This document shows, piece by piece, positions 27,901 to 35,807 of a stretch of 64,000 nt of DNA. Made by a program: the position numbers and the translations under genes. A model generated the notes under the pieces. The model ran no database searches. It was not told where the DNA came from and saw nothing but the letters and a program-made list of their open reading frames with translations. The stretch is from Bacteroidales bacterium (GTDB taxonomy: Bacteria > Bacteroidota > Bacteroidia > Bacteroidales > JAHJDW01), in contig JBAZBZ010000005.1 of the NCBI GenBank assembly GCA_041671145.1, positions 18,234-82,233 of the forward strand, given 5' to 3'. The first letter of the stretch is position 1; each line of letters starts with the position of its first letter.

Positions 27901-28321
27901 AAAAATTTCTAAATTAGCTGCTGAACAAGAAGCTTTGCGTAATGAATTGCAAAAATTAAGTCAAGAGTTAAAGGATAATCCTAAAGGCAATTCTGGCGAG
28001 ATTGAAAAGATTGCAAAGCAAATGGATGAGACAGAAACAGATTTGGTAAATAAAATTTTATCAAACGAAACTTTAAAGCGGCAACAAGAAATTTTAACAC
28101 GTCTTTTGGATGCCGAAAAAGCTGAAAGAGAGAGGGGTGAAGAAGAAAAAAGAGAATCGAGGGAAGCAAAAGATGAAAATTATAGTAACTTTTTTAAAAA
28201 ATTTAAGTATAATTATATAAAAATAAATGAAACGGAGTTGCTGAAAACAGTTCCACCTACATTTAATATTTTTTATAAGAATAAAGTAAACGAATATTTT
28301 AATAATTTTGGGCTAAAGTAA
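24944..28321 (+). CDS. large membrane-anchored coiled-coil protein (DUF4175-like)
   Basis: N-terminus NILVNKLDEFIRKYYKNQLIRGSIYF plus two TM helices, as I recall for DUF4175 proteins; a K/E/Q-rich coiled coil of about 550 aa; Cys cluster KKCKGNCKKSGMCSKPG. TTG is the only in-frame start after the stop at 24929. Confidence 0.5.
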   Translation: MPESNYNILVNKLDEFIRKYYKNQLIRGSIYFFSTAILFLIIIATVEYFGHFGATIRTIIFYTYIILNAVIITKLAVIPLLNLNKIGKFISHNQAAAIIGSHFAEVHDKLLNILQLHEISKISQKQKELIEASIRQKIKEIKPIPFTLAIDLKQNIKYLKYALIPVLVIFFTLFSSTKVIQKGTTRIISHNKYFEEEAPFRFQVLNNKLETVQQKDFELDVKLTGNEIPENIFIETGKTQFKLEKENTVLFHFTFKSPLKNIKFRFTADGYESREYELKVLPNPIVLNFQIFLDYPKYLNKKSETLNNTGDLLIPEGTKVTWKFLTKDTKILRIGYKDSVISIKPSDENHFDYTRQIRENLNYKISTTNDFVNNSDSITYLINVISDAYPVIKVDEFKDTLSLKRLYYKGNLKDDYGFSKLTFNYRYLKREDSLSTDVSKKIISKNIIISNSITQQDFYYYWDLNTVDISPGDEVEYYFEVWDNDGVNGSKSARSEKLIYKVPSLKELNESASKNNDKLKQDLENNIAQTKKLQKDIENLRLDLLQKKNLDWNDKNKLKDIISRQNELQKSIDNAEKENKENNIRQSESGKTDERILEKQKQLEELFKNVMTDEMKKLMEEIQKLLDKVDKNEIQQMLEKMQLSTKDLEKEIDRNLEIFKQLEFEQKLQQNIDNLKDMAKKEENLSKETDKKNPDNKQLEEKQKDINKDFEDFKKDMKELEKKNQQLEKPNNLKNTDAKQNEIQQEIKNSTEQLENKKNSKASQSQKNASNKMNELSEQLEQMQKEMEEQNDAEDAEALREILENLLRVSFSQEALMNKLNKTSINDPQYPKIMQEQKKLKDYSQMIEDSMYALSKRQVQLQSVVNREISSININIGKAIGFLEARNSSMASSRQQYVMTSLNNLALILDESLKQAQMKASSKKCKGNCKKSGMCSKPGSQKSSISSVRQMQQELNKQIQKLKEELEKQGNLKSPKQNNQKSGMSEKISKLAAEQEALRNELQKLSQELKDNPKGNSGEIEKIAKQMDETETDLVNKILSNETLKRQQEILTRLLDAEKAERERGEEEKRESREAKDENYSNFFKKFKYNYIKINETELLKTVPPTFNIFYKNKVNEYFNNFGLK

Positions 28322-28324
28322 AAA

Positions 28325-28819
28325 ATGATAATCACCGATAAGCATAATATAGAATTCAGCGCTTCGTTAAATAATATTTCGTTGGTTGAAAAGTTTGCAG
28401 AAGAACTCTGTGACTATTTCAATGTAAATAACGATTATTATGGAAATATTCTTATCGCACTTACCGAAGCCGCCAGCAATGCTATAATTCACGGCAATAA
28501 ATCCGATGCAAACAAAAATGTCTTTATATCTTTTCAGGCAAAAAACGGTTGTTTGTCATTTACAGTAAAAGACCAGGGCGAAGGTTTTGATTTCAATAAC
28601 ATTCCCGACCCTACCGACCCCAATAATGAAAACGAAAATGCCGGCAGAGGTATTTATCTTATAAAATCACTTTCCGATGAAGTTAACTTTCTCGAAAACG
28701 GCAGAGTTGTTGAAATAAATTTTAAAATCACAAACATCAACAACAGCCTATCTACAAAACGCATACAGCAATATCAAAAGCATTTGCAGGAAAAGAAAGT
28801 TGGAGCGAAAAAGAAATAA
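28325..28819 (+). CDS. RsbW/SpoIIAB-like anti-sigma regulatory kinase (HATPase_c_2)
   Basis: ALTEAASNAIIHGN (N-box), DQGEGF and GRGIYLIKSLSDEVNF (G-boxes); starts 4 nt after the upstream stop. Confidence 0.7.
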   Translation: MIITDKHNIEFSASLNNISLVEKFAEELCDYFNVNNDYYGNILIALTEAASNAIIHGNKSDANKNVFISFQAKNGCLSFTVKDQGEGFDFNNIPDPTDPNNENENAGRGIYLIKSLSDEVNFLENGRVVEINFKITNINNSLSTKRIQQYQKHLQEKKVGAKKK

Positions 28820-28840
28820 CAAGAATAATATTCTTAAATA

Positions 28841-28871
28841 AAAACCTTTGCGGAATTAGTGCAAAGGTTTT
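28841..28871 (+). terminator. intrinsic terminator
   Basis: aaaacctttgc-ggaattagt-gcaaaggtttt followed by tttatttt. Confidence 0.75.
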
Positions 28872-28879
28872 TTTATTTT

Positions 28880-28996
28880 GTTGTTCGTAGAACCCTTTGA
28901 TTTTCTACTTTGCAATAATATAAATGCTTTTGAGTGAAAAGAAAAAGGTCTGATTGTTGATTTTAACAATCAGACCTGTGGGTTGTCCGTAGAGCC
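28880..28996. repeat. Direct repeats gttgtTcgtagaAcc / gttgtCcgtagaGcc flanking a 13-bp perfect hairpin
   Basis: Repeat copies at 28880-28895 and 28982-28996; hairpin aggtctgattgtt-gatttt-aacaatcagacct at 28946-28977. gttgtccg equals the acceptor-end sequence of tRNA-Gln at 32801-32808. Confidence 0.6.
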
Positions 28997-29194
28997 ATTA
29001 GTTCGAACCGATTTGTTAGTGATCTGAAGATAATATGTGGAATTACTGGTTAATAAGCATTCATTATTTTATTTTGAATTACTAATATCCTCACAGGAAA
29101 ATAAATAATTTTATTAATAAATTTATTTGTACTTTAGTAGCATTGATTGCTTAAGCATAAGCGGTTGACGGTTAATAATTAAAGAAAGCATCAA

Positions 29195-29788
29195 ATGAAA
29201 ATAATCTTTTACATTTTATTTTTTTTTAATTTAAGTTTTGTTACACAAGCTCAAGTTCGAGTATGGACAAATGAACAGCTTTCTGCGGCTAATACTGCCA
29301 AAAACGCCAATTATTTAACACAAGCTGAAAGGGATGTTATTTTATATATAAATTTAGCAAGATTATATCCTCAACAATTTTTAAAAAATGAAGTAATAAA
29401 ATATCAGAGTCCTCCTAAATACGGTCATATTCAGGAAAATTCAAAATACATGAAAGCATTAATAGCAAATCTAAAAACAAGAAAACCTGTTAAAGCTCTT
29501 TTTCCTAGTAATGAGTGTTATGAGAATGCTAAATGCTTTGCAAAAGAGTCCGGAGATGCGGGTTATGAAGGACATGAAAGAAAGAAATGCCCCCGGAAAA
29601 ACTTTGCAGAGTGTTGCTCGTATGGAATGGAAACTGGTAGGGATATTGTAATGCAATGGCTGATTGATTTAGATGTTCCGGAATTTGGACACAGGGAAAT
29701 CTGTTTGGATAAAATGTTTACTAAAGTTGGAGTAAGCATACAATATCATAAAAAATGGGGTAAATGCGCTGTCGCTGAATTCCATTGA
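29195..29788 (+). CDS. secreted CAP/SCP-like domain protein (tentative)
   Basis: Signal peptide; NYLTQAERDVILYINLARLYPQQF and C-terminal GHREICLD...VGVS resemble the YkwD/CAP pattern; weak call. Confidence 0.45.
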   Translation: MKIIFYILFFFNLSFVTQAQVRVWTNEQLSAANTAKNANYLTQAERDVILYINLARLYPQQFLKNEVIKYQSPPKYGHIQENSKYMKALIANLKTRKPVKALFPSNECYENAKCFAKESGDAGYEGHERKKCPRKNFAECCSYGMETGRDIVMQWLIDLDVPEFGHREICLDKMFTKVGVSIQYHKKWGKCAVAEFH

Positions 29789-29847
29789 TAAAAATTAATG
29801 AATATTAGTTACTATATATATTATGTTCATTATAAATTTATATAAGC

Positions 29848-31365
29848 ATGAAGAAATTATTTATTAAAATTTCATTATTAAATTCGATTTTATTTTTTTG
29901 TTGTTTTAATTTGTTTTCTCAAATGGATTCTGAATATGCATTATTCAATTTACGAATGCAATCAAAGGCATATAATGAAAATGGAATATATGGCGTATCT
30001 CGGTCGAAATGCGAAAGTGAATCTGAGCATATAGTTAAATCGTTAAAAGATTTTGAGCAGAACACGGGATATTCTGTTGTTTTTGATGCTGAAAGTTTCT
30101 GGAAAAAACGAAATTTATGGAGCGATAACACAATATACAGGTATTATAAATTTGGCGATTATCTGGGAAAAGAAGATGGTTATTGCGAACCATACAGAAC
30201 AGGTAATGAAGTTAAATTATATAATAATATTAAAAACTGGATTGTAAATCGTAAGCCCGGAGAAAGCCTGAGCATGGAAGAAATGCTGAAAATGGGCTTG
30301 AAGTCTTGTGTTGAACAAAATAATAAAGTTAATGTTCAGGAAGCATTATTAACAATACATAATGTGGTTCGTCTGCTTGCCAGGCCAACTCAGTGGAGCA
30401 ATGATGTTGAAGGTGACTTTGGTCATCCCAAAACAGATCCTGTATATCCTATACTTCAAGATATAAGAGGAGTTGAATCAACAGAAGGAAAATCTATTGC
30501 TGAGCTTATGTTTAATAAAAACGGCAGATATTCTTCTTCCATGAGGGCTGAACATGTTAATGACTGGACAAACGATTTATTTGCCAAAGGCGAAGGAGGT
30601 ATTTTCGAAATGCGTGAAGGTACTGAGTATGCTGCAAAATCAATGGGTGCAAATAATCCAAAAGCATGTGCAGGTGCGGAAGCAAAATGGAATGGCGGAT
30701 GTCATTATTATTATTGGATGGGAGCATTGGCTAGAACTACAATGAATCAGTTGTCTGTAATATATGGCGGAACCAACGAGGAAGAGTTAAAATTGAATGA
30801 AAGCTATCAAGTTAAAGGAACCGACTTGCAGGGAATTACTGAAGTTAGCCATTTATACTGCGGTGCAGCATTGGGTTCTGAACTGGAAAAACGCAATAAA
30901 GACATAACATCGGAAACAATAAATGTAGAACCGGTTAAAACTGAAAATCAACCCGAAACTTCTAAAATTTCAGACTTTACAGGTATTTATGCTTCAATTA
31001 ATACATATAGGGGTAATTCTGAAAGTGAAATACAAATAACTCATAAAAGTAAAACAATAAATATTAAAATGTTAAACTCAGGGAAGTCTCAATTTATTAA
31101 TATATATGGAACATTGGCAGAAGTTGAACCGGAACTGGATTATACAAATGAGTTTAAGGGAAAATTAGTGTATGTTTATGCTGATGATAATTCCAAAACA
31201 GGTTATTCTCTCGAAACTATAATAATACTTTCTACTGCAGATTCTCGTCAATATGGTAGTATGCGTATATTAGTAAAAGGGAGTATAAATGGATGGTATC
31301 AGGGAAAACCTGATGGACCGCCTGATAATGACTGGAAGAATTTGTTTTATGAGAAAAAAAAATAA
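29848..31365 (+). CDS. secreted protein of unknown function (505 aa)
   Basis: Signal peptide MKKLFIKISLLNSILFFCCFNLFSQ; no motif recognised; linker EPVKTENQPETSK precedes a C-terminal module of about 130 aa. Confidence 0.6.
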   Translation: MKKLFIKISLLNSILFFCCFNLFSQMDSEYALFNLRMQSKAYNENGIYGVSRSKCESESEHIVKSLKDFEQNTGYSVVFDAESFWKKRNLWSDNTIYRYYKFGDYLGKEDGYCEPYRTGNEVKLYNNIKNWIVNRKPGESLSMEEMLKMGLKSCVEQNNKVNVQEALLTIHNVVRLLARPTQWSNDVEGDFGHPKTDPVYPILQDIRGVESTEGKSIAELMFNKNGRYSSSMRAEHVNDWTNDLFAKGEGGIFEMREGTEYAAKSMGANNPKACAGAEAKWNGGCHYYYWMGALARTTMNQLSVIYGGTNEEELKLNESYQVKGTDLQGITEVSHLYCGAALGSELEKRNKDITSETINVEPVKTENQPETSKISDFTGIYASINTYRGNSESEIQITHKSKTINIKMLNSGKSQFINIYGTLAEVEPELDYTNEFKGKLVYVYADDNSKTGYSLETIIILSTADSRQYGSMRILVKGSINGWYQGKPDGPPDNDWKNLFYEKKK

Positions 31366-31382
31366 CCTCAAACTTTTTATTG

Positions 31383-32525
31383 CTACTTTCTGCTGTTTGC
31401 CGAATAATTCTTATTTTCATCTAATTTACCATAAAAATTGTAATACTTCCATGTTCCACTCCTTTCTCCTTTCTCGTAAAATCCTTCGGCTAACTTTTCT
31501 CCATTAACATGAAATATTTGCCAGAAACCTATTTTTTTATTATTAAAATAATAACCTTTCTCACTATAAATTCCATTGGGATAAATGCTGTAATACTCAC
31601 CTTCAAGATTACCATTTAACCATGTTTGTGATATTTTAATTTTGCCTTCTTTATTGTAAATTATTCTTTTGCCGTTAAGTTTATTTTTTTCATAAGAACT
31701 TTCTGATATCAATTTTCCTTCAGAATAGTACTTGCAAACACCGTTCTTTTCACCATCTTTATATTCTTTCTCAAATACAAGTTCGTTTTCTATAGAATAG
31801 TTATACCATTTACCATTTAATTTATCATCAATATAATTTTTAGAATCACTTAAGATTCCGTTGTCATACCAGTATTTCCATAGTGATTCTTTTTTGCCTT
31901 CTTTAAATAATCCTTGTATTTTGATTTTCCCATTTTTGTGATAATGAGTTTCAAACCCCTCTCTTTTGTTATTTACATAATTTGAAATAACTTCAAGTTG
32001 ACCGTTATCATAATAAAAAGTCCATTTTCCATTTGGTTCCCCTTTTATATAATTACCTTGCGATTTTAATTGTCCGTTGGGATGATAATATGTGTTTGTT
32101 TCATTTCTAAGTCCGGTAACAAGAAATTCAACAGCTTTAAGTTGTCCGCTTTCATAATAGTATTTCCATTGGCCATTCTGCTTGCCATCCAAATAATTTC
32201 CTTGTGATTTTATTTGCCCGTTTTCATAATAATATGTTGTTTCACCATTAAGAAGGCCATCTTTAATATTCTCTATTGTATTTAAATTACCATCTTCAAA
32301 CCAATATTTCCATGTTCCTGTTTTTTTTCCATTATCATAGCTGCCACTGGCTTTTAAATTTCCATTGCTATAGAAATACTTCCATAAACCTTGATTATTA
32401 CCATTTTTATCTTTTTTGCCTTCTTCTTTCTGAGCTGAAAGAGAAAAAGAAATTAGCATTATAAATGTAAAAAAGGAATAATAAAGAAACTGGTTTAACC
32501 TATTAACTATGTTATTTTTTATCAT
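31383..32525 (-). CDS. MORN-repeat-variant protein (YwqK-family)
   Basis: More than 12 copies of the G.W..YYENGQLK..G.Y..GK..G motif; start trimmed to MIKNNIVNRL (ATG at 32525). Confidence 0.75.
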   Translation of the reverse strand: MIKNNIVNRLNQFLYYSFFTFIMLISFSLSAQKEEGKKDKNGNNQGLWKYFYSNGNLKASGSYDNGKKTGTWKYWFEDGNLNTIENIKDGLLNGETTYYYENGQIKSQGNYLDGKQNGQWKYYYESGQLKAVEFLVTGLRNETNTYYHPNGQLKSQGNYIKGEPNGKWTFYYDNGQLEVISNYVNNKREGFETHYHKNGKIKIQGLFKEGKKESLWKYWYDNGILSDSKNYIDDKLNGKWYNYSIENELVFEKEYKDGEKNGVCKYYSEGKLISESSYEKNKLNGKRIIYNKEGKIKISQTWLNGNLEGEYYSIYPNGIYSEKGYYFNNKKIGFWQIFHVNGEKLAEGFYEKGERSGTWKYYNFYGKLDENKNYSANSRK

Positions 32526-32756
32526 CTTTAATAATATCTTACTTCTAATATTATAAGTTTTCAAAACCCTAAAAATTATAGCGGTGCACAAAACAGAAAA
32601 AGTAATTTAACAAAATTACTGAAAAATATTTTACTCCTCAAAAATAAAAATATAGTTCCCTGTATTTTATTTGCAACTATAAGTTTGCTCACGGTTGAAA
32701 ATAATTATGTTTATAAACAGAATATTTGCCCTCTTTCTCGCCCCCTTAAAAAAAAT

Positions 32757-32787
32757 AACCTTTGTAATTAATTAAATTACAAAGGTT
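32757..32787 (-). terminator. intrinsic terminator downstream of tRNA-Gln
   Basis: aacctttgtaatt-aatta-aattacaaaggtt; on the minus strand it is followed by atttttttt. Confidence 0.65.
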
Positions 32788-32801
32788 TTATTTTCAACTT
32801 G

Positions 32802-32874
32802 TTGTCCGATCAGGGGTCGAACCTGAACTCTTCTGATCCAGAGACAGACGTGTTGCCAGTTACACCATCGGACA
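32802..32874 (-). tRNA. tRNA-Gln (anticodon CUG)
   Basis: Hand-folded 73 nt: TGTCCGA TG GTGT AACTGGCA ACAC G TCTGT CTCTGGA TCAGA AGAGT TCAGG TTCGACC CCTGA TCGGACA A. It has a U1-A72 pair, a 31-39 U-U mismatch, and CCA is not encoded. Confidence 0.85.
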
Positions 32875-32939
32875 ATTAAGTTTACAGTTAAAAAAAATTT
32901 AGTTTTCAGTTTAAATTTGGAAATATTAACAACTAACTG

Positions 32940-33935
32940 TTAACTATTATATGCCCATTTTAAATAAATAGAGCCCCATGTAAATCCACCGCCAAAAGCC
33001 GAAAGTATAATATTATCTCCTTTTTTCAGCTTTTTTTCCCATTCCCACAAACACAAAGGAATAGTAGCGTTAGTAGTATTTCCATACTTTTGAATGTTAA
33101 TCATTACTTTATCTTTGTTGACTCCCATTCTGTTTGCAGTAGCATCAATAATTCTGAGATTTGCCTGATGCGGTACAACCCAAGCAACATCATCAGATTT
33201 CAGATTATTTTTTTCCATTATTTCAGCTGAAACGTCAGCCATGTTTTTAACGGCAAATTTAAAAACTGGTTGTCCTTCCTGATAAATATAATGTTCTCTT
33301 GCATCAACAGTTTCATGAGAAGGTGGTTTAACGGAACCACCGGCTTTCATGTGTAAATGTATTCTTCCGAAGCCATCTGATTTTAAAATAGAATCAATTA
33401 TACCATAGCCCTCATTATTAGGTTCGAGTAGAACAGCTGTACCTGCATCACCAAAAAGAACACATGTCTGGCGGTCGGTATAATCGGTAATTGATGACAT
33501 TTTATCAGCACCAACAATAATAACTTTTTTATATAAACCGCTTTCTATATATTTAGAACCGGTAATAAGTGCATAAATAAATCCTGAACAAGCAGCATTT
33601 AAATCAAAACTAAATGCGTTTTTAATTCCTACTTTATCGGAAATAATATTGGCTGTTGCAGGAAATAACATATCGGGTGTAACAGTTGCACAAATTAGCA
33701 AATCTATTTCATCCGGAGAAACACCTGTTTTTTCGAGCAGCGATTTAACTGCGCCTGCACCCATATCAGAAGTGCCTTTCCCTTCACCTTTTAAAATTCT
33801 TCTTTCTTTAATTCCACTTCGTGACATTATCCATTCGTCAGTTGTATCTACAATTTTTTCCAATTCCTGATTTGTAAGAATGTACTCGGGAAGAAATGAA
33901 CTTATACCTGTAATTGCTGCTGTAATTTTAGACAT
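32940..33935 (-). CDS. fabH: beta-ketoacyl-ACP synthase III
   Basis: [11 protein letters not shown] active-site Cys, VPHQANLRI and GNTTNATIP. Confidence 0.95.
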   Translation of the reverse strand: MSKITAAITGISSFLPEYILTNQELEKIVDTTDEWIMSRSGIKERRILKGEGKGTSDMGAGAVKSLLEKTGVSPDEIDLLICATVTPDMLFPATANIISDKVGIKNAFSFDLNAACSGFIYALITGSKYIESGLYKKVIIVGADKMSSITDYTDRQTCVLFGDAGTAVLLEPNNEGYGIIDSILKSDGFGRIHLHMKAGGSVKPPSHETVDAREHYIYQEGQPVFKFAVKNMADVSAEIMEKNNLKSDDVAWVVPHQANLRIIDATANRMGVNKDKVMINIQKYGNTTNATIPLCLWEWEKKLKKGDNIILSAFGGGFTWGSIYLKWAYNS

Positions 33936-33952
33936 TTTTGTTTAATTTTACT

Positions 33953-34894
33953 TTATACATAATTAAATGCATTTTTAATTTTTGCTGCTAATTTTGCTTC
34001 AAACACTTCCTTGGAAAGTTTGAGCATATTTTTAATAGCAGTTTCATTAGAAATTCCGTGACCAACGATAACTGTTGAATTTACTCCAAGAATTGCAGTT
34101 CCGCCATAGTTTTCATAATTGAATCTTTTAAAATAATCATCAATTAAGTTATGCTTTTGCATCATTCTGTAAAATCCTTCAGCTAATTTTAAAATAACAT
34201 TACCTGTAAAACCATCACAAACTATAACATCAGCTTTATCTTTGAAGATATCCCTGCTTTCAATATTTCCAATAAAATTAAAATCTTTTGTTTCTTTCAT
34301 CAACTTATAAGTTGACTGACACAGAAGGTTTCCTTTTTCTTTTTCTTCTCCGATATTTAAAAGTCCAACTTTCGGTTCCTTAATGTTATAAACATATTCG
34401 GCATATATTGAACCTAAAACGGCAAACTGGTAAAGAACTTCCGGCTTAGCATCAGGATTGGTTCCAACATCTAATAAAATACCAACACTGCCATTTTCTT
34501 TAGGAAGCATGGCAGTTGTGCAAGGTCTTAAAATTCCTTCAATCTGTTGTATGGAATACATTGAGCCAACAAGCATAGCGCCTGTGTTTCCGGCACTTGC
34601 GAAACTATCAATTTTATTGTTTTTAAGATAATGAAAACCCAATGCAATACTTGAATTCGGTTTTTGATTAAGAGCTTTGGTCGGAGATTCGCCCATAAGA
34701 ATAACATCCGGGGCATGAATTATTTCGAAATAGCTTGAATCTGCATTGTGTTCTTTCAATTCTTTTTCGATAATAATTTTATCTCCAAAAAGTACTATTG
34801 TATCGGATGGCAGTTCTTTATGAGCTTGTATTGCACCACCAATTGTTGCTCTTGGGGCAAAATCACCACCCATAATGTCTAAACCAATTTTCAT
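33953..34894 (-). CDS. plsX: phosphate acyltransferase
   Basis: MKIGLDIMGGDFAP and VCDGFTGNVILK. Confidence 0.95.
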   Translation of the reverse strand: MKIGLDIMGGDFAPRATIGGAIQAHKELPSDTIVLFGDKIIIEKELKEHNADSSYFEIIHAPDVILMGESPTKALNQKPNSSIALGFHYLKNNKIDSFASAGNTGAMLVGSMYSIQQIEGILRPCTTAMLPKENGSVGILLDVGTNPDAKPEVLYQFAVLGSIYAEYVYNIKEPKVGLLNIGEEKEKGNLLCQSTYKLMKETKDFNFIGNIESRDIFKDKADVIVCDGFTGNVILKLAEGFYRMMQKHNLIDDYFKRFNYENYGGTAILGVNSTVIVGHGISNETAIKNMLKLSKEVFEAKLAAKIKNAFNYV

Positions 34895-34913
34895 TTTAAA
34901 ATAGATTTAAAAA

Positions 34914-35099
34914 TTAATTGCTATTATTTTTTTCAATCACTAATTTTCCTCTATAATAACCGCATTCGCCGCATATTTTATGAGGCTGTTTTGCAGCTCC
35001 ACAATTTGAACAAACAGTTAATGATGGCGCCTTGGCTTTATAATGTGTTCTTCTTTTATCTCTTCTTTGAGCAGAGTGTCTTCGTTTTGGATTTGGCAT
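34914..35099 (-). CDS. rpmF: 50S ribosomal protein L32
   Basis: MPNPKRRHSAQRRDKRRTHYK...CSNCG...HKICGECGYY. Confidence 0.95.
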   Translation of the reverse strand: MPNPKRRHSAQRRDKRRTHYKAKAPSLTVCSNCGAAKQPHKICGECGYYRGKLVIEKNNSN

Positions 35100-35119
35100 A
35101 TTAAATTATTTTTATTTTT

Positions 35120-35641
35120 TTAATTATTGAAACTTATTTTTTTAAGAATTTCCCATCTTGAATCTGTAGAATTATAATTTGATAATTCATTTATTCTATT
35201 TATCATTTCCTTATTGCATAAGCTTTTCCCATTTTTAGCTTCAGGGTGAACTCGTTTTATAGGTATTAAAAGACAAATATATTCATATATGTAATTACTT
35301 ATATCTATTTCATTTTGCGATTCTGAAATTGTTGATGTATCAAAACTCTCTTCGGTATTTTCATTTCCTATTTTTAATGTAAGAGATTCCTGTCCTTCAA
35401 TGGGCTGATTATAATAATCCAGACATCTGTCGCACATTACCGTAACTTCTCCTGAGATAATAAATCTTAACAATAACAATTTTTCTTTTTTTTCAAGTTC
35501 TACATCTACTTTCACTTTACCATTTTTCACATCCGGATATTCATTTTTTTCAAAGAACCTATTGTCAATACAAAAACTATAATTGTGTTTCCCAATAGTT
35601 AACTTTTTATAATGCAATATAAATTGCTTAAAATAGTTCAA
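35120..35641 (-). CDS. yceD: YceD family (DUF177) protein
   Basis: Position upstream of rpmF-plsX-fabH; CDRCL motif; TTG start. Confidence 0.8.
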   Translation of the reverse strand: MNYFKQFILHYKKLTIGKHNYSFCIDNRFFEKNEYPDVKNGKVKVDVELEKKEKLLLLRFIISGEVTVMCDRCLDYYNQPIEGQESLTLKIGNENTEESFDTSTISESQNEIDISNYIYEYICLLIPIKRVHPEAKNGKSLCNKEMINRINELSNYNSTDSRWEILKKISFNN

Positions 35642-35663
35642 TGCGATAACTTAAAAAAACGTG

Positions 35664-35671
35664 CAAATGTA
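35664..35671 (-). promoter_or_regulatory. -7 box TACATTTG (minus strand) upstream of the yceD-rpmF-plsX-fabH operon
   Basis: Plus strand reads caaatgta. Confidence 0.45.
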
Positions 35672-35807
35672 TAAATTATATTTTAAAAATAAAAAGTAAA
35701 TCTCTTAAAAAAAATAATAGTTCTATCTCACAAATATTGCTGGAATTAAAAAAGACCTTGCATTTTTTTCAAGGTCTTTTTAACTTATTTATTAATTTGA
35801 TTTGTTG

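Noticed and set aside
28981-29025. A second functional tRNA (contains GGTTCGAA and CGGACAA on the minus strand)
   Set aside because: I could not fold it into a cloverleaf: the T-stem does not pair, and there are no D or anticodon arms. It is retained only as a possible att or pseudo-tRNA remnant.
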